A stretch of 64,000 nucleotides of DNA, taken from contig MU061578.1 in the NCBI GenBank assembly GCA_013265495.1, positions 567,308 to 631,307 on the forward strand, read 5' to 3'. Both the position numbers and the translations under genes were made by a program. The notes under the pieces are model-generated. The model was not told the origin of the DNA. It saw only the letters and a list, made by a program, of their open reading frames with translations, and made no database searches. Source of the stretch: Vicugna vicugna. Its lineage: Eukaryota. Below are positions 13,576 through 26,809 of the stretch, in pieces (the stretch's first letter is position 1; each line of letters begins with the position of its first letter).

Positions 13576-16189
13576 ATTGCTGAATGAGTGAATATATTTT
13601 AACTAACAGTAACATCCAATAATCTTAGAGATACTTCGGCTGAGCGGCAAAAGAAGCTAATTTGATGAGGGCAAGACTGTTTCTGGTACCTCTCAAATCA
13701 CACCATTTACACAGCTGTTTCTTTTACATGTACCCAAGGCCTGTTTTAATGAGAGCAGAGGTGTCTTAATCTGATCAAGAGATCAGAATAAACCTCACTC
13801 TTTCTTTTTGTTCATGCCTTTTAAAAACCAAGAGATACAGAATGGCTCAACAATACCACAGGTTTGGACAGAAATGCAGCCAACTTTACCACCATAGTTA
13901 CTAGAGAGTACTTCCTGTTGGACACACCTTCCCAGTGAATAGTTAGCCCCATCTGCACACTCTTGTACATTTGGAGAGAATAATCTTCAAAGGATGGTCT
14001 AGGTTTCAATCTCCATTGCCAATAATAAGTCGGTATGACCCTAGACAAGTCCTGGCATCTCTCAGTGAGTATCAGTTTCACCACCTGAAGAAAGGGGTCA
14101 GGTTTTGATCATCTGTAAGAAGGCATTAAAATTAGAATTTTTAAGACCTTGGATTTGGTGCCAGGCAGGACTGGCTCTAGTCCAAGTGCCAACACTTGAT
14201 AAAATATAGTAAAACTTGGCTATATCAATTAGTTCCTCTGAGCCTTGTTTTTCCCTTCCTTGAAGTGGGGATAGTAATAAAAATTGCCATAGACATGATT
14301 TAAAAACCAGTGTAGTTAACAGTCAAAAACTCTTACCATGACATACAGTAAGGACTCAATTTATTTTAGCCTTTGTTGTAATTATTCCTCCTTGCTCTAA
14401 CCATATCGTTCAGGAGAAGGAGAGCAATTCTGCCAATAGTTTCCTGGAGACTCAACAGTAACCACCCAAGACATGAAGAACTGTCTTTGTAGGGCCAGGC
14501 TGTTCTGAAAGAGGGCCAGAGGACTGCTTCATTTATGGGACCAACTGGGTGCCACCATGGATCTTAGGACAGACAGACAGACATTCAGGGGCCAGGCTAC
14601 ACATGCCTAAATTACTCAACAGTCCTTCCCAAAGGCATCACAAAACACTCAGCAAACTCCCATCATTCAAACCCAGCACCGTACACCTAAATTCAAATTT
14701 ATGCACTTGCTCAAGTTGGCATCATTTTGTCTATAATTTAGACATAACAGATTTCCCAAATGTAGGAGAACATCTCATTATTCACCTCGTTACAAAGCAA
14801 ATAGTTACTTGTTCGGCCCAGGTGTACAAGGTGGATTTTCCTCTGTACCTTTATGTTATGATACCAAGGTTTGAGGACATAATTTGCTAATTTAAACAAC
14901 TTGTCTAATGTGACCTGAAGCATGGCAGCAAAGCATCAAGGCCTTCCATTCCTTTGCATTATAGCTTTCCCTAATGTTATCTCATTAAATCTTTAGGGTT
15001 GTTTGTAATGTTAATTCCCCAGGGAAAAGAATTCTCCTCCCTAAGCCTTGTTGAGTGGAAACTGCCTTCCATTCACCCTCCATTTCACAAAACCTAGGCA
15101 CGCAAAAATATCCCAAATGCCACTGAGTTTCCCTGAATCAAACGGTAGGTAACACAATCCTCCACTGTAAAGCGGGAGGGGGAAAATGCCCCGTGACTGT
15201 CGCAGGTGGGTGTCTCACACTCAGCTCTGCTGGCATATCTTCCATGAAGGAAATGTTCACTCTTCATTTTTGTGAACAGTCAGCTGTGGCAACATGGATG
15301 TCTGTAAGTAGATTTCATTATGGAAATGATGCTAAAGAGGGCCACGGGCTCCAAAATCCATTAAACTGTTTTCTATTGCTTTACATATTCTTCTGTGATA
15401 AAAATAGCCTGATATTTGAATTTAAGAAGCCTCTGCCTAAAGGGTAACAGATGGATATTAAGAAGATTATATAATAAAGAGGGGGATTATCAAAAAAAAT
15501 GCAGTGGGGGTTGTGGGGAGGATTGTCCTTATACTTAAAGCAAATCAGTTTTGGGAGTGCCGTGTTTTCCAGACAGTGACACTCTGGCAGTAAAACTTCC
15601 CAGCACCTTGGTCACACTGAAGGGATTTGCAGTTGTGGATTGCTGGGTTTTATTTCCCAGCAGCCTTTCTCCTACTGCCTGGGGGGTATGCTTGTAACTT
15701 CCCTCTCTGAAAATGCATTTTGTGTTCCAAGGTCCACTCATCATAGCTCTCAACACAACAGATCCTCTCCTTTCTCCTTGTGTCTGTTTTCCTCCCCTCA
15801 GAAAGCAACGGGACCACTACCACATGCTGCCAGGTGCCTGCGAAACACCTGCATTTTTGCTGACTTCAGCACACTAAGCTCTGAGCAACAATCAACCTTG
15901 ATTCAAAATATGCAATCAACTCCTGCTTTTCTATCCTGAATAATCTAGAACTGCTGCTTGGAAGCTCCACCTTCCTAGCTTTCCTTTACTAAAACAGCCA
16001 TGCTGAAATCTATATTTTACCACATCAATAATTAGCCATGTCTTCACCATGCTGCTTCCGATCAAAACACAAACTATAATTCCTAGTCATAACATTCATC
16101 AACCCACGAGGTGTAATTACTATATCACAAGACCCACTGTCCACCTCTATATGTTGAAGACTTTCTCTCTTCCTATCCGGAGATACTGG

Positions 16190-17260
16190 GTTTTATCTCA
16201 TTTTCTCCTGGCGAAGGCGATTCCTCAACCAACTCCTTCAAACAGGCTTTCCTCCACTCTTGAATGGGAATTATACCTTGACTAGATGTAAAATACTTTG
16301 ATCACTGTCCTTTCTTTTCTCAAAGGATATTAAGTGTGGTAGAGAGACATCAGAAACCTGTCTAACTCTCCGTCCTGTTTGCAGTCTGTTCTTTTCAGCA
16401 GAACTGTGTAAAAAAACATTTTTATCTTTGAGATTTGGACATTTCACTAGGATTGACTGTAAGTCTGTAAATCTGTGTGTCCTGTTGGGAAGATGGGAAT
16501 CCTTTTGATCTGACAATTCATGTTTTTCTTTGGTTCAGTGAGTTTCCTTCTTTTATTTCTGTGAGTAGTTTCTCCTCAGTCTGAGTCTTTTTATCCTTTA
16601 AGAATTTCAAATGTTAGCACTTTAAGACATTTGGATCTGTCTCCAAATCTCTTAATTTTTTTTATTGGGGCTTCATAGCTAGCTAGCTTGATATGTGCAA
16701 CTATTATGAGTGTAAAGTTTGGATCAAAAAAACCAGAATATTCTCAATACTCAAAAGCCATCTTCATCATCTCCATCCAGCACTAATTCCCATTCTTTCT
16801 TCTACCAAAAGCACAATGATAGCCAACATTTTGGTTTCTAACAGCACAGGTTAATCTTGTCTGCATTTGTGCTTTATGTTAATAAAATAATACGGCATGT
16901 ACTATGTTGTGCCTGGATTCTTCCAACCACATGGTTGTGTACTATTCCACTGCATGAATATGCTACAATTTATTTACTAATCTACCATTGATGAGCATGT
17001 AGGTAATTTCTAATTTTACCAAAAATTTTGAAGATACTACTTCATTTTCTTTTGGCCTGTATTGGGGTAGATGATAGGTTTGGTTTCAGTCTATATATTG
17101 TTACTCGCACATAACTGCCTTTGCTATGTACAGATTTAATCTTTTTTCCTCCGATTATCTGCTGTTTTGATTTTGCACTAGTGTGTCTTGCTATGGATTT
17201 ATCTTTGTTTATCCTACTCACTGCTCAGATGCTTTCGTCAATAACAATGGATGTTCTCAA
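16190..17260 (-). mobile_element. Ancient L1 ORF1 remnants (fragmented)
   Basis: ORF 16271-16516 SILVKCPNLKDKNVFLHSSAEKNRLQTGRRVRQVSDVS resembles the L1 ORF1p segment (R)HILVK...KDKEKILK...KG..IRL..DFS; a similar piece lies at ~17020-17260. Confidence 0.55.
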
Positions 17261-17904
17261 CATCACCTACTCTTCCTTACAGGTAGCCACGTTTCCTAAT
17301 TACTTCATTTACTTCTCAAACATTTCTATGAGGAAGGGATCATTTTACACAACTTACAGGTGCTTAAACTCTGGCTCAAAAGATGAAACGCCTCTGCCCA
17401 ATTTGAAAAGAACCCTAATTCTAATAACTGCCATATCCTAACCATGATTTCACGCATTCTAGAGAACACAAATTCTTATGGGATACCTAATTCTACATGC
17501 TGCATTCTGCTAGTGTAGTATGCCACAAACGGCACTAAAGAACTAAAGATGTAACACCAATACAAACAAAAAAAAAAAAAAGAAAGAAATCCAAGAGTTT
17601 CATAGCAAGATACTTTTAGGAAATATTAGGCTAAATAAAGTTTACTCATCTTGTTTTAACTACAATACTTAAAGCCTTTACTATGTCTCTGAGCTCTAAA
17701 CACCCTCAAAGGGAAGATGTGAGGAGCAAACAGTATTCGGTATTTCCTAAACACAGAGCCCATTTCAAGGTTATCATCAGTTTATTTTTACCCAACATTT
17801 TATCATGAAAATTTGCAAACAAATGGAAAAGTTGAAACAATTGTACAGTGAATACCCATGTACTCAATACTCAGGTTCAACAATTAAGACTTCGATGTCT
17901 TTGT

Positions 17905-18170
17905 TTTATTATCTATCTATCTAACCTATCTAATCAATCCATTCATCCACCCATTTGTCCTTTTTCTGACTCATCTATCCATCCATTTGTCCCTTTATCC
18001 ACTCACCGATGCATCCATCAATCCATCCATCCATCCATAATCGATTGATTGATCGGTCGATCGATTGATCTATCTATCCATCCATTCATCCATTTGTCCC
18101 TTTATCCATTAATCTATAAATCCATTAATCCATTTATCTATTTACTCTCTTTCCCATTCATCAATCCATC
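17905..18170. repeat. Degenerate (TCCA)n/(TCTA)n/(GATC)n microsatellite inside an L1M-like fragment
   Basis: Visible tetramer runs ATCTATCTATCT, ATCCATCCATCC, GATCGGTCGATCGATTGATC. Confidence 0.8.
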
Positions 18171-18921
18171 TTGTATTTGGAGGAATTTGAAGTAAATTAC
18201 AGCACATCAATACTCTTCAAACAAATACTTCAGCATGTATATCATTAACTAGACTTCAACATATTTTATGACTTTTTTATTGTAGTAGAAGTTACAGAAT
18301 GCAAAAGGCACACATTTTAAAGATTTTAAAGACTTGTTAGACTTAAATTTGAAATTTAAATTAAGCTTTCAATTTGAATTTTTAAATATTTTGACAGATA
18401 CATAGATCTGCATGACCCAAGTTCATCACCCCAGAAAGTTTCTGAATTTCCCTTCCCAGTCAAGCCCTACTCCCACCTACTCATCCAGTAGAAACCATTT
18501 TTCTCATTTTTTTCACCACGACCCCAGCAACAATCACCATTTGTGTACTTTCTTACCACACATTAGTTTTTGCCTGTTGGAAAACTAATCTGTTCCTTCA
18601 CTTGTTTTGCTGTTTTGAGATTCACCCATGTTGTTGCATGCATCTATAGTTAGCATAAAATCTTTTTTTCTATAGCATCTTGCTGAAGCAGTATGGTACA
18701 TAATACACGTTAGGGGATGCTGGGCTACAGAATTAAGGGAAGAGCAGAGACCTGATCTCTCCAGTACGTACTGTTCTCTCCAGTACGAACAAGCAATAAG
18801 ACACTTTTAACTTTGGATTTTTAAAAAATATATCTTGCCTCCTTTAAAATGTATAAGATACACAACTTTGATAACTGGGGTGGGGATGACAGAAAGGTTT
18901 ATGGTTTTAACTTATGACTCT

Positions 18922-19035
18922 AATTTTTTTTTACATTTTTTATTGAGTTATATTCATTTTACAATGTTGTGTCAATTTCCAGTGTAAAGCACAATTTTTC
19001 AGTTATACATGAACATACGTATATTCATTGTCAAC
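18922..19035 (-). mobile_element. Short young L1 3' end
   Basis: Poly(T) then TTATTGAGTTATATTCATTTTACAATGTTGTGTCAATTTCCAGTGTAAAGCACAATTTTTCAGTTATACAT. Confidence 0.75.
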
Positions 19036-19541
19036 CCTGATTTATTTTTAATGCAAGTCACTTTAATAACCTTTCTGTAACACCTCCGAATTAGTGTCTT
19101 ACTTTTCTGGACGTAACAAAAGCTTGCCTACATTTCCAGATTGTATGCGAGTATAACCAGATAATGCAAGAGAAAGTAGTCTACAAACTAAAAGTACTCT
19201 ATAAATGTTGGATACTATCATTAATGACAGTGATTTTTCCCTCTTTGGACTCATAGGAATTTAAAGTTGCAAGAAAATGTAGAAATTGATCAGTTCATCA
19301 GTCACCTCAATTTCTAGATGAGGAATTGAGACACAAAGGAAAAAAATGACTAACCAGCTAATAGAGACAAACATGAGATCATAATCCAAGTCTCCTCAAA
19401 TGCCAGATTTTTCTACATCCCTGCTTGTCAATTATACACTTCTTGAATGCAAGTTTGATTTAAACCTGTTAAAAGTGCCACCTAACCTTAACCTGGGTTT
19501 TTAATTATGGGGAACTGGGAAAACTTTTATCTGTTATCTAT

Positions 19542-19657
19542 TAGGGTGACCAGCCATCCCAGTTTACCTAGGACTGTCCTGGCTTAAGCACTCAAAGTAC
19601 TCTGTCTACCCCCAGGAAACACTTCAGACACAGAAAATCATATATCCAGTCACCCCA
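19542..19657 (+). mobile_element. MER81-like hAT-Blackjack MITE
   Basis: TIRs TAGGGTGACC...AGTCACCCCA, ~115 bp, internal CCAGTTTACCTAGGACTGTCCTGG. Confidence 0.65.
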
Positions 19658-19808
19658 AATCTCCCCAGGGGTCAGACATCACTATATTTACCTTTCAATC
19701 ACTCTTGAAAGTTGGACCATCACATTTGAAAGGGACAATCAGAAAACCACTTAAATCTGTTCCCTACTTTTCTACTGGAAGCAGATATCACATAAAAAAT
19801 GCTTCATG

Positions 19809-22800
19809 AAGATGGTGGAGTAGTAGGACCTCGAGCTCGCCTCTACTCACAACTACAACAAAACCACACTGACTGCTAAACAACCACAGCAAACCTAGCA
19901 AAAAAGATCTTCAACTGGAAACACAAAGAGGGAACCAGAGCAGGACGGTAGGAGGGGCATGCTCCGGATATAACTGGGCCTCATAAACTCCCGGTGGGCG
20001 ACCCACAAGCTGAAGAACAATTAAGTCGCAGAGGTCCTCCCACAGCAGTGAGAGCTCTGAGCCCTGCATGAGGCTTCCCGGCCCAGGGTTCCTGTAAAAG
20101 GAAGAGGAGACCCCAGATCATTTGGTTTTGAAGGCCAGCAGCGCTTAACTCCAGGAGCCCCACAAGACTAGGGGAAACAGAGACTTCATTCTTTGGGAAG
20201 TGTACACGGCATCTCGCACACACCAGGTCCAAGGGCAGAGGCAGTGATTTCATAGGAACCTGGGCCAGACCTGCCTGCTGCTTTTGGAAGGTCTCCCGGG
20301 GAGGTAGGGGGTAGCTGTGTCACCTGGGGACATAAAAGCTGGTGGCAGATATTTGGGGAGTGTTCCTGTAGGGAGCTTTCATGGAGGCTGACATCATGTT
20401 TGGGTCATTAGCATCAAGACTGAGCCCCACCCAACAGCTTGTAGGCTTAAGTGCTGGGAAGCCTCAGGCCAAATAACATACCGGGTGCGAATGCAGAGGG
20501 AAGTTTATACAAGCTTACCTCAGGAAACAAGAAAAATCTCAAATAAACAAGCTTACCTTACACCTAAAGCAGCTAGAGAAAGAAGAAGACACAAAACCCA
20601 AAATTAGTAGAAGGAAAGAAATTATCAATATTAAAGAGAATTAAATGAAATAAAGGCTAAAAAAACAATAGAAAAGATCAATGAAACTAAAAGCTGGCTC
20701 TTTGAAAAGATAAAAATTGATAAACCTTTAGTCAGACCATCAACAAAAAAAGGACAGGGCCCAAATTAATAAAATCAGAAATGAAAAAGGAGAAGTTACA
20801 ACTGACAACACAGAGATACAAGAAATCATAAAAGACTACTATAAGCAATTATATGCCAACAAAACAGACAACCTAGAAGAAACAGACAATTGCTTAGAAA
20901 GGTACAATTTGCCAAGACCGAATCAGGAAGAAATGAGAAATACGAGTAGATCAATAACCAGCACTGGCGTTGACTCAGTAATTTAAAAACCCCCAACAAA
21001 CAAAAGTTCAGGACCAAATGGCCTCACAGGTGAATTCTAAACATTTAGAGACGAATTAACACCTATCCTTCTGAAACTATTCCAAAAAAACCGGCAGAAG
21101 AAGGAACACTTCTGAACTCATTCTATGAGGCCACCATCACCCTGATACCAAAATCAGATAAAGATATAACAAAAAAGGGAAATTACAGGCCAATATCACT
21201 TATGAATATAGATGCAAAAATCCTCAATAAAATACTAGCAAATCAACTCCAAAAATGCATTAAAGGGATCATACACCATGATCAAGTGGGATTTATGCAA
21301 GGAATGCAAGGGTTTTACAATATCGGCAAATCAACCAATATGATACACCACATTAACAAGCTGAAGAGTAAGAACCATATGATCATCTCAATAGATGCAG
21401 AAAAAGCTTTTGATAAAATTTAACATCCATTTATGATAAAAACCCTCCAGAAAGTGGGTATAGATGGAACATACCTCAACATAATGACAGCCATATATGA
21501 CAAACCCACAGCTAACATCATACATATTAGGGAAAAGCTGAAAGCATTTCCTCTAAGATCAGAAACAAGACAAGGATGCCCACTCTTGCCACTTTTATTC
21601 AACATAGTTTTGGAAGTCCTAGTCATAGGAATCAGAGAAAAATAAATAAATTAAAGGAATCCAAATTGGAAAAGAAGTAGAACTGTCACTATTCACAAAT
21701 GACATGATACTATACATAAAAAACCCTAAAGAAGTGATCAGAAAACTACTAGGTCTCATTAATGAAATTAGTAAAGTTGCAAGATAGAAAATTAACATAC
21801 AGAAATCAGTTGCATTTCCATATACTAACAATGAAATAGCAGAAAAAGAAATTAAGGAAACAATCCCATTTATCATTGCACCAAAAAGAATAAAACACCT
21901 AGGAATAAACCTATCCAAGGAGGCAAAGGATCTGTATTCCAAAAACTACAAGACACTGATGAAAGAAATTATAGATGACACAAACAGATGGAAAGATATA
22001 CCATTTTCTTAGATTGGAAGAAGCAATATTGTTAAAATGGCCATACTACCCTAGGCAGTATACAGATTCAACGCAATCCCTACCAAATTACCAAAGACAT
22101 TTTTCACAGAGCTGGAACAAAAAAATGTTAAAATTTGTATGGAAACACAAGACTCTGAATAGCCAAAATAATCTTGAAAAAGAAGAACAGAGCTGGGGGT
22201 ATCATGCTCCTTGACTTCAGACTATACTACAGAGCTACAGTAATCAAAACAGTATGGTACTGGCACAAAAACAGACATATATATCAATGGAACAGGACAG
22301 AAATTCCAGAAATAAACCCACGCACTTACAGTCAATCAATCTATGACAAAGGAGGCAAGAATATACAATGGAGAAAAAAACAGTCTCTTCAATAAGTGGT
22401 TCTGGGAAAACTGAACAGCTACCTGTAAAAGACTAAAATTAGAACATCCTCTAACACCATATACAAAAACAAAATTAAAATGGATTAAAGACCTAAATGT
22501 AAAACCAGATACTATAAAACTCCTAGAGAAAAACATAGGCAGAACACTCTTTGACATGAATCACAGCAATATTTTTTTGAACCAGCTCCTAGAGTAATGG
22601 AATTAAAAGCAAAAATAAACAAATGGGACCTAATTAAGCTTAAAAGCTTTTGCACGTCTAAGGATGCCATCAGCAAAATGAAAAGACAACCTACAGAATG
22701 AGAGAGAATATTTGCAAATGATGCAACCGACAAGGGACTAATTTCCAAAATATACATACAGCTCATACAGCTTAGTATAAAAAAAAAAAAAGCAACCCAA

Positions 22801-23528
22801 TCAAAAAATGGGCAGAAGACCTAAATAGACATCTCTCCAAAGAAGAAATCCAGATGACCAACAAGCACATGAAAAGATGCTCAACATTGCTAAATTTTAG
22901 AGAAATACAAATCAAAACTACAATGAGATATCATCTCACACCAGTCAGAATGGCCATCATTAAAAAATCCACAAATGATAAATGCTGGAGAAAAAGGAAT
23001 CCTCCTACACTGCTGGTAGGAATGTAGATTGGTGCAGCCACTATGAAGGGCAGTATGGAGGTTCCTCAAAAAAAACTAAAAACACACTTACCATATGATC
23101 CAGCCATCCCACTCATGGGCATGTATCAGGAGAAAAATATAATTCAAAAAGACACATGCACCCCAATGTTCATGGCAACACTATTTACAATAGCCAAGAC
23201 ATGGAAACAACCTAAATGCCCATCAACAGATGACTCAGATAAAGAAGATGTGGTATATTTATACAGTGGAACACCACTCAGCCATAAAAAAAGAATAAAA
23301 TAATGCCATTTGCAGCAACATAGGTGGATCTGGAGACTGTCATTCTAAGTAAGCCAGAAAGAGAAAGAAAAATACCATACAATATCGCTTATATGCGGAA
23401 CCTATAGAAAATACATGAATGAACTTATTTACAAAACAGAAACCTACTCACAGACATAAAGAACAGACTTATGGTTACCAAGGGGTAAGGGGGGTGGGAA
23501 GGGATAAATTAGGAGTTCAAAATTTGCA
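19809..23528 (+). mobile_element. L1 with 5' UTR joined directly to post-endonuclease ORF2 (ORF1 and EN missing); ORF2 broken by stops and frameshifts
   Basis: 5' AAGATGGTGGAGTAG (YY1-type start) and GC-rich UTR to ~20496, then AGGGAAGTTTATACAAGCTTACCTCAGGAAACAAG. RT motifs [38 protein letters not shown]; catalytic FADD reads FTND (~21690); C-terminal PYDPAIPL.G. Confidence 0.95.
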
Positions 23529-23677
23529 CCTCTTGGGGAAACGTTAGGTATCTTGATTCTGGCAGTGGTTTCACAGGTATACACATCTATCAAAATCCAT
23601 CAAATTGTACATCTGAAATATGTGTAGTTTACTGCACAGAAATTATACCACAATAAATTGTTTAAAAAAGAAAAGAC
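23529..23677 (+). mobile_element. 3' terminus of an older L1M-type element with poly(A) signal
   Basis: GTATCTTGATTCTGGCAGTGGTTTCACAGGTATACACATCTATCAAAATCCATCAAATTGTACA...CAATAAATTGTTTAAAAAAG; unlike the young L1 tail at 9422-9745. Confidence 0.7.
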
Positions 23678-23729
23678 ATGCTTCATGTATTGTCTGATGA
23701 TTAAACTGCCCTTACAGGGGGTGGGGGGA

Positions 23730-23980
23730 TATGGTGCAATGGTTACAAGCTGAGACATTAAAGTCCTTGATTTAAATCTTACACCTCCTCCTTACTAACT
23801 GTATGACCTTGAGCAAGTCACTTTACCCCTTTCTGCCTCAAATGTCTTGCCTTTAAAACGGTGGAGAGTAACTACCGATCTTGCAAGTTATTATGTGGAT
23901 AAAATGAGATCATACGTGTCAAGGACTTGGCAGGATGTAGGGCATATTGCTAGTGCCCTGTAAGGAGTAATTCCTTTTAT
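23730..23980 (+). mobile_element. MIR (near full length)
   Basis: CTTACTAACTGTATGACCTTGAGCAAGTCACTTTACCCCTTTCTGCCTCA core. Confidence 0.75.
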
Positions 23981-24379
23981 AATTTAATATGCAAGCCCTA
24001 CAACAAAGCTTAAAGACCACGCTGGGAGCAACTTCCACAGGGACCCTATCCATGAACATGCCTTGTGGTTTGATGCAGTCAGGAAGTTCGCTTTCACTGA
24101 ATAAAAAGCAGAAGAAATAGCTAAACAGCAGGCATTCACCCTAGCTCTAAGGGTTAAACAAAGAGGCAACTGCTTTTACATCGGAATGTTTTTGTCACCC
24201 TCTTTTAATGTGAAACCTTTTCATCTGTGCTAAAGCTTCAGAAGTCAGATTTCACCGAACTCACTTTGAGACCTGTGCTAGCAGTGGGACTCTAATTACC
24301 TTTCTCAGACACAGGGATGGCTCTTGTCTTTAAAAACAGAAAAAAAGAAAGAACTCTTTTTTTTCTTTACCCTTCGTTC

Positions 24380-24677
24380 ATTCTTTTTTTTTTTTTCCCA
24401 GATTGAAATCTTTTGTTCCTGGCACTTTCCATATGCCATCCTTTAATATTTAATCAGCCCCCACCTCATCAGAAGACTGCTGGCCTCATTAGATAATTAA
24501 TGGTTGCCGGCATCGCATTTGCTTCAGTTAATACATCTGCAGCCAGCAATTAGCGCCTGAGTTTATTAGTTGCATCGGCTTCATTTTCTGGAGAAGCAAT
24601 TCAGCTTTGATTGAAGCCGCTGGGATCAGCATATGTGGACAGCTTGCCCCCTGTTCCGTGGGACTCTTTTGTTTACT

Positions 24678-24718
<41 letters not shown>

Positions 24719-24850
24719 CACCCTTTCTGCTATAGTTTTGCAACACTGCGCATACTGGCTCGGCCACCAACAGTTGGTGGGGAAGATTTCCCTTTTATAA
24801 TTTAGAAGATAATTGGGTAATTCTGTGCAGAAGAGAGCGGCTGCAGAGTG
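24380..24850. promoter_or_regulatory. Candidate conserved enhancer block
   Basis: CATTAGATAATTAATGG, CAATTAG, TGATTGA, E-boxes CATCTG and CATATG, several retained CpGs; no interspersed repeat recognised. Confidence 0.4.
24680..24718. repeat. Pure T39 homopolymer
   Basis: Direct count of an uninterrupted T run. Confidence 0.9.
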
Positions 24851-26194
24851 ATTCTCCAACTTTGGGTAGGGCGAGGAGCAGAGAGGGAACGGCTGGCTAA
24901 TTTGTTCTTCTGGAAATGTCTGTTTTTTTTTAAAAAAGCCATAGATCCTAGGCTGAGGAATAGTCATTCAGGAGGAATACGTGCTAGGAAATGCAATCTA
25001 ATGTGTTGGGCAGCTGCCCGGAGTGAGATCTTGCTTCTCAGAGCCGGGAAGTTGCAGGGAGAAGGGTCTTCTGCTTTCATCCCTAAACTTGACTTCTACA
25101 CTTTGGCCTGGTTCCCACCTCAGTTTTTGTTACTGAGTGGAATCGTGTCCTTTTCACGTGCTTTTCGGGCATGCTTTGCTGATGACCTTGACCACGGCCG
25201 GTTTTTTCCTGGTGATTAAAATCTTGGCATGTTACCAGGGTTATTTCCCTAGTCAAACCCCCTTTCATTCCTGATGCCAGCAATGGGGGGAGATGATCAT
25301 TAAAAACACAATAATGATGGGATGTGTGCATGAAATGAGGGCAATGTGTGCTAGGTACATCAGAGAAAAGAGGTAAACAAAGAAAAAAGTATCTCGACCA
25401 ATTGAGGAAAAAGGAAAGGAAAAGCAGGGAAGGAAAAAAAAAAAACCAGAAGCAATAAGGGTTTCCAATTTTTGTCTGTCTTTTTTCCTTTAGGTCCAAA
25501 TTACTAAATTGAGACCCATCTAAGTACATACGCCATAAATGGAAGTCATGATGATGAGGAGGAGGGAGATAACAAACATTTATTGAGCATTTTTCAAGTG
25601 CCAGGCATCCTGCTAAATATGTTTCTGAAAAAGCGGTTTCTCATGTAATACTGAGGCCTCTCTTCCACCTTTCCCTCCATTTGAAGGATGAGAAAAGGGA
25701 CTGCCACTGAATTTAAACACTTTTTCCCAAGACCACACAACTTGCAGCATCTGAACTACTGTTCACTGAGCCTTTAGCCTGCATCAGTCAACCTGCAGGC
25801 CTACATTCAGTTCATCCTCACAAGAACAGTGAAAACCTCGTAGAGGTTAAGTTACTTAGCCAAGATCACGCAGCAGGTTACAGAGGCCATAAAATTCCCA
25901 AGCATCTTTCCACTACTACAAAGACTAACACATCTCAGGTCCCAATTAGCATTCAGGTTGAAGGGATGTGCTAAATTTTGGAATGCTCTATCTCAATACT
26001 CAAATCCTCAGGATGAGACCATGGAGTTCATATATCTTTCTTCAGGCCCAAATGATAAGACTGATACATTGATTCATCTGTTAACTGCTTGTTTTGGCTT
26101 GTTTTCAGGGTCATTTCAGTTCTCAATCTCAGGTAGAAGCCATAAGAGACAAACTGCATCCCCAGTAAAAGTGCACAAGATAGATACCTTCCCT

Positions 26195-26520
26195 TATGGT
26201 GCTGCGTTTCTCAAATTTTAATGCACACACAAGTAATATGGAGACCTTGTCATCATGCAGATTCTGCTTGAGAAAGGTAAGAGGAACCTGCGATTCTGAA
26301 TTTCTAACCAGATTCTGGGTATTATCAATGCTGGCAAAACAGTGGTTCTCATATCAGGAAGTACCTTACGTCTCCTAGAATGCTTGTGTTTCTGCATGCC
26401 AATTTCTAGGCACCATTTCAATCAATGAAACTAGCACGGAGGGGGAGGGGGCGACTCAGAATTCAGTATACTTTAAAAGCACCCCAAGTGATTCCACCAT
26501 ACATTCAGAACCACTGGCTT
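26195..26520. mobile_element. Two adjacent MER5-like hAT elements
   Basis: TTTCTCAAATTTTAATGCAC...ATGCAGATTCTG...TTTCTAACCAG; then CAGTGGTTCTC...AGAACCACTG terminal inverted repeats. Confidence 0.65.
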
Positions 26521-26809
26521 AAAAAAAATCTCAGCAAGACAAGTCAGCCGAATGTCACATAACTGACACAAACCAAGAGAGCAGAAGGAGGCAGATAAAT
26601 GACAGTCCCACTCACAAGACAAGAACAAAGACCTTCTCAGGTGATAAACCACCTGATTCTGCCACTGTTCCTTAGTAAGGTACACAATGCTACTGCAGAG
26701 AAACATGGCTTACCAGCTGAGCGCCATCACAAGTTTTCCAGGCAAAACTGGACGGGCTGTGAAACATCCATGGTCTCGGTGTTCTCATATGTAAAACAGA
26801 ACACTTTAC

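Noticed and set aside
21202..23303. Reverse-transcriptase ORFs as a functional gene
   Set aside because: Fragments of a dead L1 ORF2 with multiple stops and frameshifts, FADD changed to FTND, and no EN domain.
24528..24967. Poly-Lys / poly-Phe ORFs
   Set aside because: Translation artefacts of the T39 homopolymer.
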